64,000 nt of DNA from an uncultured delta proteobacterium (GCA_963789395.1 CAWBKP010000017.1:32001-96000); one strand, 5' to 3'; shown: positions 31,153 to 42,062, counted from the stretch's first letter. Program-made: numbers and translations. Notes: generated by a model from the letters alone, not told the origin.

Positions 31153-32091
31153 TTATCTGCCGGTGTACCGGATGGCATGAATACCATGGGCAAGGTCATC
31201 GGCCAGTTCCGTCAAGAGCCGCACCTCCTCTGTTCCAAATGTGCCGGGTTTTTCGGCATATAGGCTAAGGGCGCCAAGAATCCGCTCTTTTGCTGAAAGC
31301 GGCAGGGATATCATGGATGCATACCCATGCCGGGTTGCATCTGCCTGCAAGGGGGCAAACTGGGGGTCACCAAAAACATCGTCGATGATGGCCGGGTGCC
31401 TGTTTCGAATGGCTCTGACTTGCGGGCTGCATGCTGTTTCCGCCCTGGATTCGGGAACGGTATGCTGGATTTCATTCTGGCACTTGGTCTGGTTTCTGGC
31501 CACTGCTGCCAGAGTCACGGTTCCGTGGGCGCCATTTTCGGCATAACCGACCCGGGCCATTCGGTATGCACCGATGTCGACAAGGATTTGGCAAATTTTC
31601 TGATTCAGTTGCGTTTCATCGATTTCACGAATTATCTCATGGCGGCAGGCGGAAATGGCGGACAGCGTGCGGTTGAGGTTTTCCAATCGCTCATGCATCC
31701 CTTTTTGACGATCCATCATGCCATTGATTGCAGTTGCCAGCGCTGCGAATTCTTTTCCGGAGGGAATCTGAATCCGAGATCCCGGATCTCCCCGGCGGAT
31801 CTTATAGATGGAATTCTGAATGAAAAGAACGGGATATAGAACCCGGCGCAAAATCATCCACTGGAAGACAAGCCCAGTGACAGCGGTAAAGATCGTCGCA
31901 CACCATATCAGGGTTTCAACCTGAACAAGGTTTTCTCGAAAAACACCCCCGTTTCCGATTGGATCAGTATTTTCAGAAGTAATTTGCTGGAGTTGCTCCA
32001 GGGGAACAGCTGCTGTCCATAAAAGCATGAGAAACAGCAATATATGCAGTAACATCACCAGAACAGACTGGAGGCGGAGGGATTTCTTCAT
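31153..32091 (-). CDS. Membrane protein with HAMP and GAF domains, no output domain
   Basis: 2 TM segments, HAMP (EFAALATAINGM), GAF (SMISLPL...LYAEKPGTF..EEVRLLTELADDLAHGI). Confidence 0.75.
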   Translation of the reverse strand: MKKSLRLQSVLVMLLHILLFLMLLWTAAVPLEQLQQITSENTDPIGNGGVFRENLVQVETLIWCATIFTAVTGLVFQWMILRRVLYPVLFIQNSIYKIRRGDPGSRIQIPSGKEFAALATAINGMMDRQKGMHERLENLNRTLSAISACRHEIIREIDETQLNQKICQILVDIGAYRMARVGYAENGAHGTVTLAAVARNQTKCQNEIQHTVPESRAETACSPQVRAIRNRHPAIIDDVFGDPQFAPLQADATRHGYASMISLPLSAKERILGALSLYAEKPGTFGTEEVRLLTELADDLAHGIHAIRYTGR

Positions 32092-32189
32092 GGAAAATCC
32101 TTGTCCGTGACGGATAAAACCCGGCATGCCTGAAGGCAAGCGCATCAACGCTTGCTTCCAGGCTGATAGCGATAAATTCAATCTCTTTC

Positions 32190-33620
32190 TTACGGAAGTA
32201 TGGCAATGGTCGGATACAGCCCCTCAAGCTCGCCGTCAGGGTAGGGCTGGATGGTGTTAAAGGAAATATTCTGGTTTTTCTGCGCGTGGCCCCGGTTGTG
32301 TCTGCCGTTGAAATAGGCGCCATTGGCTTCCAGAATATGCTCAATTCTGTGTTGAAAGCCTTCAACGAACATCCTGCCGTCACCTTCAAACAGCAGATCC
32401 CCGCGCATCATGCCGTCCTTGATTCTGGAAAATGCCTCAAGGGAATAACTGTTGGTCTGTAAATCCTCCTGGCAGCTGATGAATCCCCAGACCAGGTGCC
32501 CGGAAGGAATGGAGACCGGCTCGGTAAGATCGATGATGGTATGCGGCATGATGATGCTCTCCTCGCCGATTGTCAGGGGACAGTCCGGGGTTCCCCGCAG
32601 AAAGGAGTTGAATCCCACAAATACTTTTTTACCCAGCACGGAATCGATGATTTTGGCGCCGTGGGCTGTAACATCATAGCCTTCCAGTCGGGAATTGATG
32701 ATATAGCAGTTTTCCTGGGCATTGGCGCCCTTTCCCAGATAGGAATTCTGAATGTAGGCCCGTTGGGCAACCAGGACATTTTCACTGATATGGGTTTTCT
32801 TCTTGATCACCGCATACCGATCCAGAGAAGCACCTTCCGGAATGGAAATCGGCTGTTCCAGATGGACCACGTCAAACACCCGCTTGAAATCCGCTTTCCG
32901 TTCCTGAATAAAATCCATGATGATGCCGCGGGGAGGGCCCTCGCCGAGGATGAAATTAACGTAGCGGTCCAGAATCGGGCGGGGATAGCGGTATAGAAAA
33001 TTGAAGGCCTTGTCTTTCTTGATCCAGATAGTTCCCGGATCAACATGAACATGGGACATTTCCCCGACCTGAACATATGAAAACCGTCCAACCACGCAGT
33101 CATGTGCGGTAGTCAGGTCAACGGTGCTGAAAGTTCCCAGAAAGCAGCCTTCGGTCGGAGCCCCGTGAATATTGGCATAATGCATGGACATGGTGTCGTG
33201 AATGAAAAAATTCTCCAGGCTCTCCGGGTCGTGGGAATAGTTATGAACCAGGGTTTTGATGAGAAAACTGTCCTGGATATGAATGCATTCATCTTCGTAA
33301 ACCGGAATCTTGTGGGTCCCATATGAAAAAACATCGTCTTTTCGCTTCAACTCATCTCCGCGAATGTCGCTTTTATACAGCACAGAATGACCCACCCGGC
33401 ATTTCCCCAGAAAATAGCTGCCAGCCAGGTTGGAATGGCTGAAGTGAAAATTCAGCGGATGGTGGGGGGTAATGCCGTAAAATGCGTAGAATTTGGCAAG
33501 CTGGCCAATAGGCAGCACATTCTGAATGTAGGGAGCCAGGTCAAAATTCAGTTCTCTGAGGTTGATGTTGATCCGCTGCGCAATTCTTGCAATGAGGTTT
33601 TCAATTTGTTTCATTTCCAT
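32190..33620 (-). CDS. Hexapeptide-repeat (LbH) transferase-like protein
   Basis: 476-aa ORF with beta-helix-type repeats (SYLGKGANAQENCYII, VTAHGAKII, VFVGFNSF). Confidence 0.75.
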   Translation of the reverse strand: MEMKQIENLIARIAQRININLRELNFDLAPYIQNVLPIGQLAKFYAFYGITPHHPLNFHFSHSNLAGSYFLGKCRVGHSVLYKSDIRGDELKRKDDVFSYGTHKIPVYEDECIHIQDSFLIKTLVHNYSHDPESLENFFIHDTMSMHYANIHGAPTEGCFLGTFSTVDLTTAHDCVVGRFSYVQVGEMSHVHVDPGTIWIKKDKAFNFLYRYPRPILDRYVNFILGEGPPRGIIMDFIQERKADFKRVFDVVHLEQPISIPEGASLDRYAVIKKKTHISENVLVAQRAYIQNSYLGKGANAQENCYIINSRLEGYDVTAHGAKIIDSVLGKKVFVGFNSFLRGTPDCPLTIGEESIIMPHTIIDLTEPVSIPSGHLVWGFISCQEDLQTNSYSLEAFSRIKDGMMRGDLLFEGDGRMFVEGFQHRIEHILEANGAYFNGRHNRGHAQKNQNISFNTIQPYPDGELEGLYPTIAILP

Positions 33621-33755
33621 TACCTTTTAATTGAGAGAAATCATGAGTCAGCAGTCGGAAGCCATTGGGTTGATAACGTCCCATTGGCGCATAAGCTGTA
33701 AACTTTGTGTCGCAGGGTGGTTGGATAAAGTCTGAACGGGCTTTCTCTTCAGACG

Positions 33756-34310
33756 CTATATGCTGCATTGTTTCATCACATGAAAAACAGCGGCAAACAC
33801 ATCGGTAAGCCGTAAAATGCCGACGATTTCATTGCTTTCAGTCACCAGAAGCGACTGATGCTGTCCCAGAACCAGCTGGTGTATGGCCTCGTCCAGCGTG
33901 GCCTTCTCTGAGACATATTCTCCTTCCGTTGGGGTGTACATGAAATCCTTCACCTGTCTTTCGCCGGCTTTGCGGCAGATGTCTTTCAGGGGACTTTCCC
34001 AGAGGTGATATTGAATGAGCATGGATTTCATGAATTTCTTGCTGAACCCATACCGGGCAAGGCCATCGCTGCCCTGCATCTCGGCGTATTTGGGTTCAAG
34101 CGCCCGAAGGACATCGATCTGGCTGAGCTTTCCGACGACTTTTCCCTCTTTACTGAGGATGAGAATGGCCCGGTGCTGGTACCGGCTATGGTCAAAGGCC
34201 ATCTGAGCCTTTTCTAGCGCCAAGACCGCATCGAACAGCGTGGCCTCTTCGTCCACTGTGGCGTATTCCGTCAACGGGATCATCAAATCTTTAACGTGGT
34301 ACGTTTTCAC
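33756..34310 (-). CDS. CBS-domain protein
   Basis: VKDLM, VVGKLSQIDVL, VKDFM, IVGILRLTDVF; GTG start with GGAGG RBS. Confidence 0.88.
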   Translation of the reverse strand: MKTYHVKDLMIPLTEYATVDEEATLFDAVLALEKAQMAFDHSRYQHRAILILSKEGKVVGKLSQIDVLRALEPKYAEMQGSDGLARYGFSKKFMKSMLIQYHLWESPLKDICRKAGERQVKDFMYTPTEGEYVSEKATLDEAIHQLVLGQHQSLLVTESNEIVGILRLTDVFAAVFHVMKQCSI

Positions 34311-34702
34311 TTTCCCTCCATGCCTGAATAGAATAAGAGTTGGAAATACTGAAAAAAGACAGTTTTATTGACTGGACACAGTCGAATCCGTTGTTATTTT
34401 GTTAGGATATGAAACCGATATATAGTATCACATGGGTATGGTGAGGTATAGATTTTTTTCTGTTGTTTGCAGACAGGGTGTTCGAATAGTATAATGAACA
34501 GACAGCACGATTGCGCGGTTATTTGAGATGCTTTTTTTGTTGAAAATGCATATTCAAGCGTTTCATACCATGTATCGGCGCGATCCTGACCGGCAAAATT
34601 TTCACTTTTCCTTGATAAGTCCCTGTCGGTATAGTATTTGTTACCCAGTTGGTTCTTTTGGAAGAAGTTGACAAAATCAATCACACACGGGAGGTGCGTT
34701 AC

Positions 34703-35431
34703 ATGAAGAAAGTCGGCTTGATGCTGAAGTTTTTGTTGTTTTCGATTATTCTGGGTTTGATGACTTCCTCTTTCGCCATGGCGGATCTTTACTGGGAATC
34801 GGATCAGGAAATCAAGGGAATGCCGGGACGGCCGGATGAAACCAAGCTCATTAAAACGTATCTTACCGAGTATGCCTCGCGAACCGAACGGGAAGGCCAG
34901 ATTACCATCATGAATTTCAATACCAAAATCATGTATCATATCAATCCGCAGGCCAAGACCTACCAGCAGATCAATATGGCGGAAATGGGAAAACCGCCTG
35001 CAATGAAAGGTGAAAAAGGCCAGATGCAGGAGCAGATGATGAAAAGCATGATGGGCAATATTCAGGTGACCCCCACCCAGGAAACCCGGCAGATTGCCGG
35101 CTACAACTGCAAGAAATACCTGGTTTCCGGTATGATGATGAACAGTGAATACTGGCTGTCAAAAGATGTCAAAGGATATGAAGAGGTCAAGGAGATCGGG
35201 AAAAAAATCGCCGGCATTTTTGATGAGAATCCCATGATGAAGCAGATGAACATTGCCGGGATGATGGGGCAACTGGATGGGTTTCCGGTTCAGATGATCA
35301 TGAATATCATGAAAGGCACCTCAACCACGACGCTGAAAAAAATCGAAAAAAAGTCGCTGGACAAATCACTCTTTTCCATTCCCGAAGGATATACCCAAAC
35401 ACAGAGCAAAATGCCCATGATGTCGAATTAA
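34703..35431 (+). CDS. Exported DUF4412-like protein
   Basis: Signal peptide; TQETRQIAGYNCKKY, GFPV, LFSIPEGY. Confidence 0.75.
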   Translation: MKKVGLMLKFLLFSIILGLMTSSFAMADLYWESDQEIKGMPGRPDETKLIKTYLTEYASRTEREGQITIMNFNTKIMYHINPQAKTYQQINMAEMGKPPAMKGEKGQMQEQMMKSMMGNIQVTPTQETRQIAGYNCKKYLVSGMMMNSEYWLSKDVKGYEEVKEIGKKIAGIFDENPMMKQMNIAGMMGQLDGFPVQMIMNIMKGTSTTTLKKIEKKSLDKSLFSIPEGYTQTQSKMPMMSN

Positions 35432-35505
35432 AGAGGGAAACGAGAGGGTTTGGTTTGAAATCCGCGGCAATTGTATGCTGCGGGTTGGAGAAAAAGGAAA
35501 GCGCC

Positions 35506-35703
35506 ATGCCGTTTGTCAGCCACCCCGGATTGCCGGGCAAGGTTTTTGTGCCGGTATTTAATCCTGAAAAATCCAGGAAACATCCCTGCAGGGACTGTTT
35601 TTCCTGCCAGATGTGCGGTGAGGACCGTTGTCAGGTCTGCCGGGGAGATACTGAAAAAAACGCAGAAAGCTCAAAAGAAGGAGATTGTTGTGTCAACAAG
35701 TGA
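35506..35703 (+). CDS. Small Cys-rich hypothetical protein
   Basis: 65 aa, CRDCFSCQMC...CQVC...CC; AAGGA RBS; overlaps trxB start. Confidence 0.6.
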   Translation: MPFVSHPGLPGKVFVPVFNPEKSRKHPCRDCFSCQMCGEDRCQVCRGDTEKNAESSKEGDCCVNK

Positions 35704-36652
35704 TATGTATGATCTGATTATCGTTGGCGGCGGGCCGGGTGGTTTTTCCGCAGGGATTTACGCCATGCGGGCAGCCCTTAAAACCGTATTGATCGAAAAA
35801 GGTGCGCCCGGCGGCCAGATGACACTCTCAGGAGAAATTGAAAATTATCCCGGAATTGAGCGGATCGGCGGTCCCGATCTATCCATGCAGTTTCACCAGC
35901 ATGCTCAGTCCTATGGGTTGGAAATGATTTCCTCGGAAGTCAGAGAAGTTGAGCCGGGTCTGGAATTCCATTCGGTGCATCTGGATGACGGGTCTGTTCT
36001 GAAGGCTTACGCCGTGATTCTGGGAACCGGCGGCAGCTCACATAAGCTGAATATTCCCGGAGAATCCGAATACTACGGCCAAGGGGTGTCTTATTGCGCG
36101 GTTTGTGACGGATTTTTCTTCAGGAACAAAACCGTTGTGGTAATCGGCGGGGGAGACAGTGCGGCCGAGGAATCGCTTTATCTGGCCAAGCTTGCCAAAC
36201 AGGTCTACATGGTTCATCGCCGGGATGCGTTGCGGGCCAGCAAGATTCTGCAGCAGCGGATCAAGGCTGAATGCAAGATCGAGATGATATGGGATTCCAT
36301 TCCCGTGGCAATCAAAGCCAATGAGCAGGGCGTCTCCTCCATTGAATTGAAAAACGTTAAGACCGGCCAGCTTCAGGACCTGGTAACAGACGGGGTGTTC
36401 ATCTTTGTCGGGTTCAGCCCCAACAACCAACTGGTCCCTTCCGGGATTCACATGAATTCCAATGGATATGTGGTAACCGATGACAAGTGCGAAACCAATA
36501 TTCCCGGAATTTATGTGATCGGAGATCTTCGCCAGAAATACGCCCGTCAGATTGTGGTTGCAGCATCGGATGGATGTACGGCCGCCCTTGCCGCTGCACA
36601 TTATGTGGAAAACAAGAAAGCGGCGGAATCCGATTCCTGCCAGCTGGTGTAG
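35690..36652 (+). CDS. trxB: Thioredoxin reductase
   Basis: GGGPGG, IENYPG, SYCAVCDG, GGGDSA, HRRD; GTG start after AGGAG. Confidence 0.96.
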   Translation: MSTSDMYDLIIVGGGPGGFSAGIYAMRAALKTVLIEKGAPGGQMTLSGEIENYPGIERIGGPDLSMQFHQHAQSYGLEMISSEVREVEPGLEFHSVHLDDGSVLKAYAVILGTGGSSHKLNIPGESEYYGQGVSYCAVCDGFFFRNKTVVVIGGGDSAAEESLYLAKLAKQVYMVHRRDALRASKILQQRIKAECKIEMIWDSIPVAIKANEQGVSSIELKNVKTGQLQDLVTDGVFIFVGFSPNNQLVPSGIHMNSNGYVVTDDKCETNIPGIYVIGDLRQKYARQIVVAASDGCTAALAAAHYVENKKAAESDSCQLV

Positions 36653-36664
36653 GTGTTGTGGCCA

Positions 36665-37972
36665 ATGCGATATGCCCCCATTGACCCTTGCCTGTTTCAG
36701 GAACATCGCAAACACCTGAAAGCGCGGCTCAAGCCGAATGCCATTGCCGTGCTTCTTTCCAATGATGTGATGCCGACCAGCGCTGACGGAAGACTGACAT
36801 TTGTTCAGCATTCCGATATATTTTATCTCTGCGGCATTGACCAGGAGGAGACAATCCTGGTGATATGCCCGGATGCCCAGGAAAAAAAGCACCGGGAAAT
36901 CCTTTTTATCCGAGAGACCAGCGAAAATATCGCAATCTGGGAAGGGCCGAAATATACGAAGGAACAGGCAACCGCCATTTCCGGCATCCAGACCGTGTAC
37001 TGGACCCGGGAATTTGATGCGGTGTTCCGGACACTGGCCATCGAATCCGAAGCGATCTATTTGAATACCAATGAGCATCTGCGGGCTGAAGTGGCAGTGG
37101 AAACCCGGGATCAGCGATTTTTGAAAAAATGCATGGCCAGGTATCCGCTCCACCGCTATGAGCGGCTGGCACCTGTCATGCATGCGCTTCGTGCCGTCAA
37201 GTCGAAGATGGAGATGGACCTGATTCAAGCAGCCTGCCGTATTACCGAAAAAGCCTTTCGCCGGCTGTTGTCTTTTATCCGGCCCGGGGTCTGGGAATTT
37301 GAGATCGAAGCTGAAATCATCCATGAATTCCTGATAAACCGTTCCCGGGGGCCGGCCTATCCATCCATTATCGCCTCGGGGGCGAATGCCTGCATTCTCC
37401 ACTATGAAAACAATGACCGGCAGTGCCAGGATGGGGAACTGCTGCTGATGGACTTTGGGGCCGAATACGCCGGCTATGCATCCGATCTGACACGGACGGT
37501 TCCGGTCGGCGGCAGGTTCAGCCCCAGGCAAAAGGCGGTCTATAATGCGGTTCTGCGGGTAAAAAAAGCCGCCATCGCCATGCTGATTCCGGGCAACACG
37601 CTGGCTGAGTATCACAAGGCCGTGGGCCTTGTGATGGAAAAGGAACTGGTTGACCTGGGACTTCTGACCTTGACCGATATTCACAACCAGCCTGAAAACA
37701 CACCGGCTTACAAGAAGTTTTTCATGCACGGCACGTCCCATCACCTTGGCCTGAACGTCCATGATTATGGAAATCGGCACCGTATCTTCGAGCCGGGGAT
37801 GGTGTTTACCGTTGAGCCGGGAATCTATATTCGGGAAGAAGGCCTCGGGGTTCGGATTGAAAACGATATCGTGATCACCGATGACGGCCCGGTGGACCTC
37901 ATGAAAGACATTCCGGTAGAAATCGATGAAATTGAAATGCTGATGGCTTCTGATAATCATCGTTCTGAGTAA
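36665..37972 (+). CDS. pepP: Xaa-Pro aminopeptidase (M24B)
   Basis: ILHY, DFGAE..YASDLTRT, HGTSHHLGLNVHD, TVEPGIY, GVRIEND. Confidence 0.93.
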   Translation: MRYAPIDPCLFQEHRKHLKARLKPNAIAVLLSNDVMPTSADGRLTFVQHSDIFYLCGIDQEETILVICPDAQEKKHREILFIRETSENIAIWEGPKYTKEQATAISGIQTVYWTREFDAVFRTLAIESEAIYLNTNEHLRAEVAVETRDQRFLKKCMARYPLHRYERLAPVMHALRAVKSKMEMDLIQAACRITEKAFRRLLSFIRPGVWEFEIEAEIIHEFLINRSRGPAYPSIIASGANACILHYENNDRQCQDGELLLMDFGAEYAGYASDLTRTVPVGGRFSPRQKAVYNAVLRVKKAAIAMLIPGNTLAEYHKAVGLVMEKELVDLGLLTLTDIHNQPENTPAYKKFFMHGTSHHLGLNVHDYGNRHRIFEPGMVFTVEPGIYIREEGLGVRIENDIVITDDGPVDLMKDIPVEIDEIEMLMASDNHRSE

Positions 37973-38055
37973 AACCCCTGTTCTACCGGACAGGGTGTGA
38001 GCCGCCATCCGCAAACTGAATTTTCCCAATTATTCCCTCACGACGGGATGCCAAA

Positions 38056-39822
38056 ATGAATCACCCGAAAAAAAAGTCTGCCTCGCCCATTCAGGATGCC
38101 ATTGCAGAACTGGCCGAACAGCGAAAGACTGTCCTGGCGCTGCCTGCGGAAAAGGCCATGGATGCCATTCTGAATGCCCGGCATCCTGCGGCCCTGGTTC
38201 ATTCCCTCCCGGAAACGGACCTGTTTTTTCTGGTTCAGGATATCGGTCCCGAGGACGCGCTGCCGCTTCTGGCACTGGCTTCCAATGCCCAGTGGGATTT
38301 TATGCTGGACATGGCGACCTGGAAAGGCGATCGGATCGAAAACCGTTCCGTGACCCGGTGGCTGAACCTGAGATATCTGGCGGATCCCGATCGCTTTTTG
38401 CGGTGGTTTCACAGCGAAGACCCTGAGTTCATTGAATGGTATCTGTTTAGAAACATCCAGATACGCGCGTTGGAGCCGGACGAAGAACCTGCGGATATTC
38501 CGGATGCGTTCATGACGATAGATAACGTGATCTATTTTCGATTTCTGCCGGAATCCGGCGAGATGGAATCTTCTGAAGCGGACATCGATGCATCGGACAC
38601 GGATGAGGAACGGTATACGTTTATTACCCGTTTTCTGGAAAAACTCTATTCCGAGGATCCGATTCAGTATCAGAATGTGATGCTGGAAACATCGACGATT
38701 CTTCCGGCTGAAACAGAGGAAGAAGCCTGGCGAATCCGGAATGTCCGGATGGCCGAAAAAGGGTTTCTGCCTTTTGACGAGGCCATTGGGGTCTATCAGC
38801 CCTTGAAGCCGGATGCCATTCCCAAACGGATCATTTCCAAAAAAAGAACCGGGGAGCCATACCTTCCGGTTCCGGTCTATGCCTCCGGCATGCTGGATGA
38901 TGACAACCTGTTCTCGCGATCTTTACAAGTTCTGGGACAGGATCGCATACTTCCCGAGATCCAGACCGAACTGGCGTCTTTGATCAATCAACTTGTGGTG
39001 GCGGATCAAAAAACGATTGCATCCAAAGCGGATATCGAGGAGGTTGTCAAGAAAGCCGTTGGATATCTGTCCATCGGACTGGAGCGTTTGTCGACACCGC
39101 CTCTGGATGCCGTTCGGAGCGCTTCCCTGATCCGCTCCCGGTTGTTGTCGGGGATCTTTCGCGTGGGTTATGGTGCAGCCCTGGAACTGAAGTGGCAGGC
39201 ACAGGGATGGATGAAACAAAGCTGGTTCATGGCTAATAAATTGCCGCTGGGCTTCTGGGGGGAGTCGTGGCTCGGTGTTTTGGGCGGCCTCTTGATTAAA
39301 AAGCCCTTGTTTTTCGATAATTATCAAACAGGTGCGCTTTACAGGGACTTTCGATCCCTTGCGGATATCCAGGCGACCCAATCCATTTTGAATCAGATTA
39401 TCCGGTTTGACCAGATCCTTGGGGCCATGACGGATGATCTGACCCTGTTTTTGCAATCTGTCCCTTCCAGGCAGCATCTTTCCTATAAAAATCTTATACT
39501 GACCCGTTGGGTCCAGTTTTATATCGGCCTGTCAGGAGATAACGTACCTGTCCCCATGGACAGATTTGTCCTGTTTTTTCACGATCTCTTTGGAAAATCC
39601 GCAAAGTCGGGTGCTGTAAAACCTGGACGAATCAGGAAAGCGATGAAATCGTCTTTTTTACGGTGGCTATCAGAAAAAACAGGATGGACTGCCAGTGAAT
39701 TGACGGAGCGCAGCGGGCCGGAAATGGAGAGGCTTTTTGCGGAACTGGAAGCCGATCTGGGCGGGGTTTCGGAGGCTGATCTCGATCCCCGGTTCATTCA
39801 GTTGTTCCTTGTTGCACCGTAG
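38056..39822 (+). CDS. Conserved hypothetical protein (DUF6178-like)
   Basis: 588-aa ORF; EEEAWRIRNVRMAEKGF and IFRVGY motifs. Confidence 0.7.
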   Translation: MNHPKKKSASPIQDAIAELAEQRKTVLALPAEKAMDAILNARHPAALVHSLPETDLFFLVQDIGPEDALPLLALASNAQWDFMLDMATWKGDRIENRSVTRWLNLRYLADPDRFLRWFHSEDPEFIEWYLFRNIQIRALEPDEEPADIPDAFMTIDNVIYFRFLPESGEMESSEADIDASDTDEERYTFITRFLEKLYSEDPIQYQNVMLETSTILPAETEEEAWRIRNVRMAEKGFLPFDEAIGVYQPLKPDAIPKRIISKKRTGEPYLPVPVYASGMLDDDNLFSRSLQVLGQDRILPEIQTELASLINQLVVADQKTIASKADIEEVVKKAVGYLSIGLERLSTPPLDAVRSASLIRSRLLSGIFRVGYGAALELKWQAQGWMKQSWFMANKLPLGFWGESWLGVLGGLLIKKPLFFDNYQTGALYRDFRSLADIQATQSILNQIIRFDQILGAMTDDLTLFLQSVPSRQHLSYKNLILTRWVQFYIGLSGDNVPVPMDRFVLFFHDLFGKSAKSGAVKPGRIRKAMKSSFLRWLSEKTGWTASELTERSGPEMERLFAELEADLGGVSEADLDPRFIQLFLVAP

Positions 39823-39829
39823 CGCCGGT

Positions 39830-40652
39830 CTAAATCTGGCTTTCCTGCTCCTGGCAGAGCTGATCCAGAATATGAATCCGGTTGATGATTTCCTCCCTGT
39901 CAATCGATACGATCCGGACACCCTGAAGCATGACAGTCTCCATCGGCAGATGTCCTTAAAAGATGATCCTGCCTGTCCGCCATGTCCAGGAGATGAATGA
40001 GCCGCTCTTTTTCAGATTCCAATGCCTGCCTGATGTCGGATTCCGGATGGGGATCTGTGAGAAAATCAAGAATAACGTCTAGAGATCCGAGAATATTGCC
40101 AGCCTGAGCAATGTGTTTTTCAATCATTTTCAGAAGCACCCGGATATGCGCTTCGCTTTGCATCCATCTGGAATTTCTCAGCCGGATCTTGTACTGTGTT
40201 CGAAGGGGATCTTCCGAAAATCGGTGTAATGCTTCAATGATCCTGGGGTCTGTTTTTCGGGAAATATTCAATCGGGAGATAACAGGGTGAATGGCTTCAA
40301 CAGGGACTGTAACCGGTACGCTCCCTATGCCCGGAAAATGAAAAACCGTTTCCAGCTTCCGGGACATCAGCAGGCTGCAGATTGTTTTTTCATCGGCGTT
40401 GCTGTAATGAAACCGTTCGACAATCGCTTCGATGGCGATCTGAAACCCTTCATCCGGGAACAGAATGAGTTCAAAGAGAGAGGCGCCTTCGCTGGAGGTT
40501 TCATCCAGAAGGGTTTGTCGAATCGCATCAAGGGTATCCATGCCTGAGACGGACATCATGTAATGCATGATGTCCGTGCTGACGGATATGCCGCGGCATA
40601 GTTCTTTTTGAATGGCGTTAGCCAGTATCAGACAAGGGGAGTTGGGGTCCAT
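39830..40652 (-). CDS. Hypothetical protein (frameshift ~39945)
   Basis: 250-aa ORF continues in a second frame as METVMLQGVRIVSIDREEII...ESQI* ending at 39830. Confidence 0.65.
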
Positions 40653-40682
40653 AATACCATTGCGCTAATGAGGGGAATTTGC

Positions 40683-40901
40683 ATGAAGTTGATCATTCTG
40701 TCACTGATGATCCTGTTTTCAGCCGCTGTTTCGGGCTGTTCCGGGGATAAGGCCAAGGAACTCATGGATACGGCGCTTCTTGAAGAAAAACAGCATAATC
40801 CGGACCATGCCCGGCAGCTGTACCAGGAAATTATTCAAAAATACCCTGACAGCATTTTTGCCGGGGATGCGCAAAAAAGGCTTTCCGATCTGAAGAAATA
40901 A
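40683..40901 (+). CDS. Small lipoprotein with TPR-like helix pair
   Basis: Lipobox VSGC; ARQLYQEIIQKYPDS..A..A..RL. Confidence 0.8.
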   Translation: MKLIILSLMILFSAAVSGCSGDKAKELMDTALLEEKQHNPDHARQLYQEIIQKYPDSIFAGDAQKRLSDLKK

Positions 40902-40978
40902 TCCGGACCGCGTACCGGATCTCAATGTATCGACATGCTCTTGCGGTGCCTTCTGCGTATCTAATCCGGATAGTCCTT

Positions 40979-42061
40979 TCACCCTATACATACAACAGCC
41001 GATGAACAAATGGCAAGTTTCAGGTTCGATCCGACGCGGGGAGGGGGCGGGTTGTTGAACAGGTCAAATGTCAGGGACAGCGCTTCCGGTGTTTCAATTC
41101 TCAGGCGATAAAACTTTCCCTGAAACAGCCGCTGCGTGACAATGCCGGATATCATGGTTTCCGGTTGGCTGCCTCTTGCCGTTGTATGATGCGGATTTGG
41201 GCCATCAGCGGATATCACTGTCGCTGCTTCGGGCCGGATCAAAAGGGTAGTTGCTTTGCCCGGCGCAATCTTTTCAGGATTTGCCGGATAAAAGACGCCG
41301 ATCCGTGTTTGTACGCGTCCATCCCGCATCCCCGTACCGTCCACAAAATTTTCAAACCCGAGAAATGCGGCAACCCGCCGGTTTCGGGGCCGTCGATACA
41401 GGTTTTCCGGACTGTCTTCCTGTTCGATTTGCCCCTGATTCATCACCGCCACCCTGTCAGCCATGGCATAGGCTTCGGCATGATCGTGGGTCACAAAAAC
41501 CGCGGTAACACCGACATGCCGCAAAATGGCCTTCAGTTCCGGAACCAGCCGTTCGCGAAGCTCCCGGTCCAATGAACCCATGGGCTCATCCAGCAGCAGA
41601 AGCCTGGGGTTTGGGGCAAGGCTCCGGGCCAGGGCGATCCGCTGCCGTTCGCCTCCGGACAAGGAACTGATGCCGCGATTTGAAAACCCGTCCAGCCCGA
41701 CCAGCGACAGAAGTTCATGAACGCGGCGGGTGATTTCCTGGGGAGGCAGTTTTTTCTGTGACAGCCCGAACCCCACATTTTCAAAAACCGTTTTGTGAGG
41801 AAACAGCGCAAACTCCTGAAACATCATGCCAAATTGCCTGCGATGGGGCGGAACGTTCGCCATGTCCTTGCCATTAAAGGTGACGCTGCCGCTGTCCGGA
41901 GTTTCAATGCCTGCAAGGATTCGCAGAAGCGTTGTTTTTCCGCATCCGGAGGGCCCCAGAATTCCCAGAATCATGCCCTGGTCAAGGCGGAAACTGACTT
42001 GTTTGAGGGCCAGGGCGTGCGCATAGGTTTTGCTGATATGGGAAACTTCCAGATACGCCAT
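40979..42061 (-). CDS. ABC transporter ATP-binding subunit (thiamine, ThiQ-like)
   Basis: GPSGCGKT, LSGGERQR, LLLDEP; start MAYLEV. Confidence 0.92.
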   Translation of the reverse strand: MAYLEVSHISKTYAHALALKQVSFRLDQGMILGILGPSGCGKTTLLRILAGIETPDSGSVTFNGKDMANVPPHRRQFGMMFQEFALFPHKTVFENVGFGLSQKKLPPQEITRRVHELLSLVGLDGFSNRGISSLSGGERQRIALARSLAPNPRLLLLDEPMGSLDRELRERLVPELKAILRHVGVTAVFVTHDHAEAYAMADRVAVMNQGQIEQEDSPENLYRRPRNRRVAAFLGFENFVDGTGMRDGRVQTRIGVFYPANPEKIAPGKATTLLIRPEAATVISADGPNPHHTTARGSQPETMISGIVTQRLFQGKFYRLRIETPEALSLTFDLFNNPPPPRVGSNLKLAICSSAVVCIG

Positions 42062-42062
42062 A

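Noticed and set aside
34394..34939. 181-aa minus-strand ORF
   Set aside because: Spans an AT-rich divergent promoter region and is antisense to the DUF4412-like gene
36038..38029. 663-aa minus-strand ORF
   Set aside because: Lies antisense to trxB and pepP, which carry clear motifs; no domain signature, typical shadow ORF
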